DNA of 10,035 nucleotides from Azolla caroliniana. Lineage: Eukaryota; Plantae; Polypodiophyta. The stretch is taken from the NCBI GenBank assembly GCA_043228905.1, contig JBHGNT010001304.1, forward strand, positions 1 through 10,035. The letters run 5' to 3'. The notes below the pieces were generated by a model. That model did no database searches, was not told the origin of the DNA, and saw nothing but the letters and a program-made list of their open reading frames with translations. Shown here piece by piece: positions 9,016 to 10,035 of this stretch (position 1 is its first letter; each line of letters opens with the position of its first letter). A program made the translations under genes and the position numbers.

Positions 9016-9050
9016 TTGGTGTTAGAACGGGCAGTCGTTTTGCTCAACAT
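9016..9050 (-). CDS. Candidate first coding exon of the ParB-methyltransferase gene (MLSKTTARSNT-K)
   Basis: ATG at 9050-9048, 11 codons plus AA, then GTAGGA donor at 9015. Phase 2 matches the acceptor TGCAG|G at 6899/6898 (AA+G = Lys, continuing STDSKEERP). A phase match alone has a 1-in-3 chance. Confidence 0.4.
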
Positions 9051-9129
9051 GATGATCGTGTCAGTTTGGGGATGCGTGAGGTATCTTGGGAGTTCTCGTG
9101 TCTGTGCTTTGGTGCTCTAGAGAGTGGTT

Positions 9130-9187
9130 AAGCTCAATTGTGGGGAATGAAAAAGAGAGGTCGTTCTATTTATGGAAGGGGAAGGGA
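9130..9187 (-). promoter_or_regulatory. Putative Pol II core promoter (TATA-like CCATAAATAG followed by a pyrimidine-rich patch)
   Basis: Minus strand CCCTTCCCCTTCCATAAATAGAACGACCTCTCTTTTTCATTCCCC. TATA-like box at 9175-9166, ~115 bp upstream of the candidate ATG, with a telo-box AAACCCTA at 8999-9006 just inside the candidate first intron. Confidence 0.4.
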
Positions 9188-9274
9188 CCATGGTTAGAAT
9201 TAAATGCCAATAGTGCCTTGAGTTATTTATCTTAGAATTTGTATTTATTATTATCATAACATAATGATTATCTT

Positions 9275-9380
9275 TATACTTTATGTGTAATATGATCATT
9301 ATGATCTAGTAGTTATCATTTTATACTTATGTGTATTATGATTTAGTACCTATTATGATCTAGTACTTATTATGATTTAA
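9275..9380. repeat. Degenerate AT-rich short tandem repeat (TATTATGATYTAGTAC-like, ~17 bp)
   Basis: Repeated attatgatctagta / tattatgatttagtac / tattatgatctagtac / tattatgattta and two atact(t)tatgtgta copies. Confidence 0.65.
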
Positions 9381-9661
9381 TACAGGTGCAAGGTCAGTCC
9401 AATGATTGAGTATACTTATCTACATTTATGGTAGTCTAATGATTTTGATTTTGAGAACATTCACTAATTGGGTGAGGATAGTGGTATTGTGCAATTATGT
9501 CACATGGACACGTGATCAATTTTTATTTATAACTAATAGAAATATAGAAAAAATTATATAATAAAATATACAAAATACATATATAGTTCCTTAGAATTCT
9601 ATTTGTAGTTTAAGTATGTCTTACAATTTGTATGCTTAGGGAGTGAAATATAAAGGATATT

Positions 9662-10035
9662 AGAACCTCAAACAATGGGAACTAATTCACCCTTTTCTGT
9701 TGAGGAATATCAACTGTCATCGGATTCCCCACCTTCTCTGGGGTTTTCGGTAGAAGAATACCATTGGTTTCAAGATTCTAATTTCTCCGTTATCAGCTAA
9801 GGATGACAATAAGCTAAGGAGCCCCTTATTTTTCAAAAGGGTCTCAAGATGTATTTGTCGAGAACGATTTGCTAAATAGGGACATCTGAGGCTCAACTTA
9901 CCGTAGATATTAAAAAGACATGCTGCGCTTATGGGTGTATGGCGATGATTGGAAAGCAAAACTTGCGGTCTTGGAGGCGTTACTATTTTTCACTCAATGG
10001 TGATGAACAAGACACTTATCTTATGACACACTTAT
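9662..10035 (-). pseudogene. Possible decayed 3' end of an unidentified coding region
   Basis: Higher GC than the flanking 9200-9660 tract. The 80-aa ORF 9717-9959 extends upstream across a TGA and downstream across a one-base shift in a G-run (~9740-9743) to ...EKGELVPHCLRF*. No recognisable motif. Confidence 0.25.

Overview
Eukaryotic, TE-rich DNA, most likely from a non-seed land plant (inferred from the retroelement type and short AT-rich GT-AG introns). Bases 1-~2480 (minus) are a decayed Ty3/gypsy gag-protease-RT-RNaseH segment lacking its 5' gag and LTR. Bases 3668-6898 (minus) hold a spliced gene, now broken by stops and frameshifts, that encodes a ParB/Srx-like domain fused to a bacterial/phage-type beta-class amino (N6-adenine/N4-cytosine) DNA methyltransferase. 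Its motifs (DIPY, WxK, NPYQKP, LDxFSGTGTT) only line up after joining exons by hand, so the ORF track shows just fragments. A possible first exon and TATA-like promoter lie at ~9016-9175. If real, the ~2.1 kb first intron contains an ~845 bp array of ~23 copies of a 23-bp palindrome with alternating 9/17-bp linkers, a tRNA-like Pol III box pair and several smaller palindromes. The most interesting candidate system is this intron-bearing ParB-methyltransferase with an adjacent palindrome array, possibly cargo of a larger mobile element. No database searches were run; family calls rest on motif recognition.
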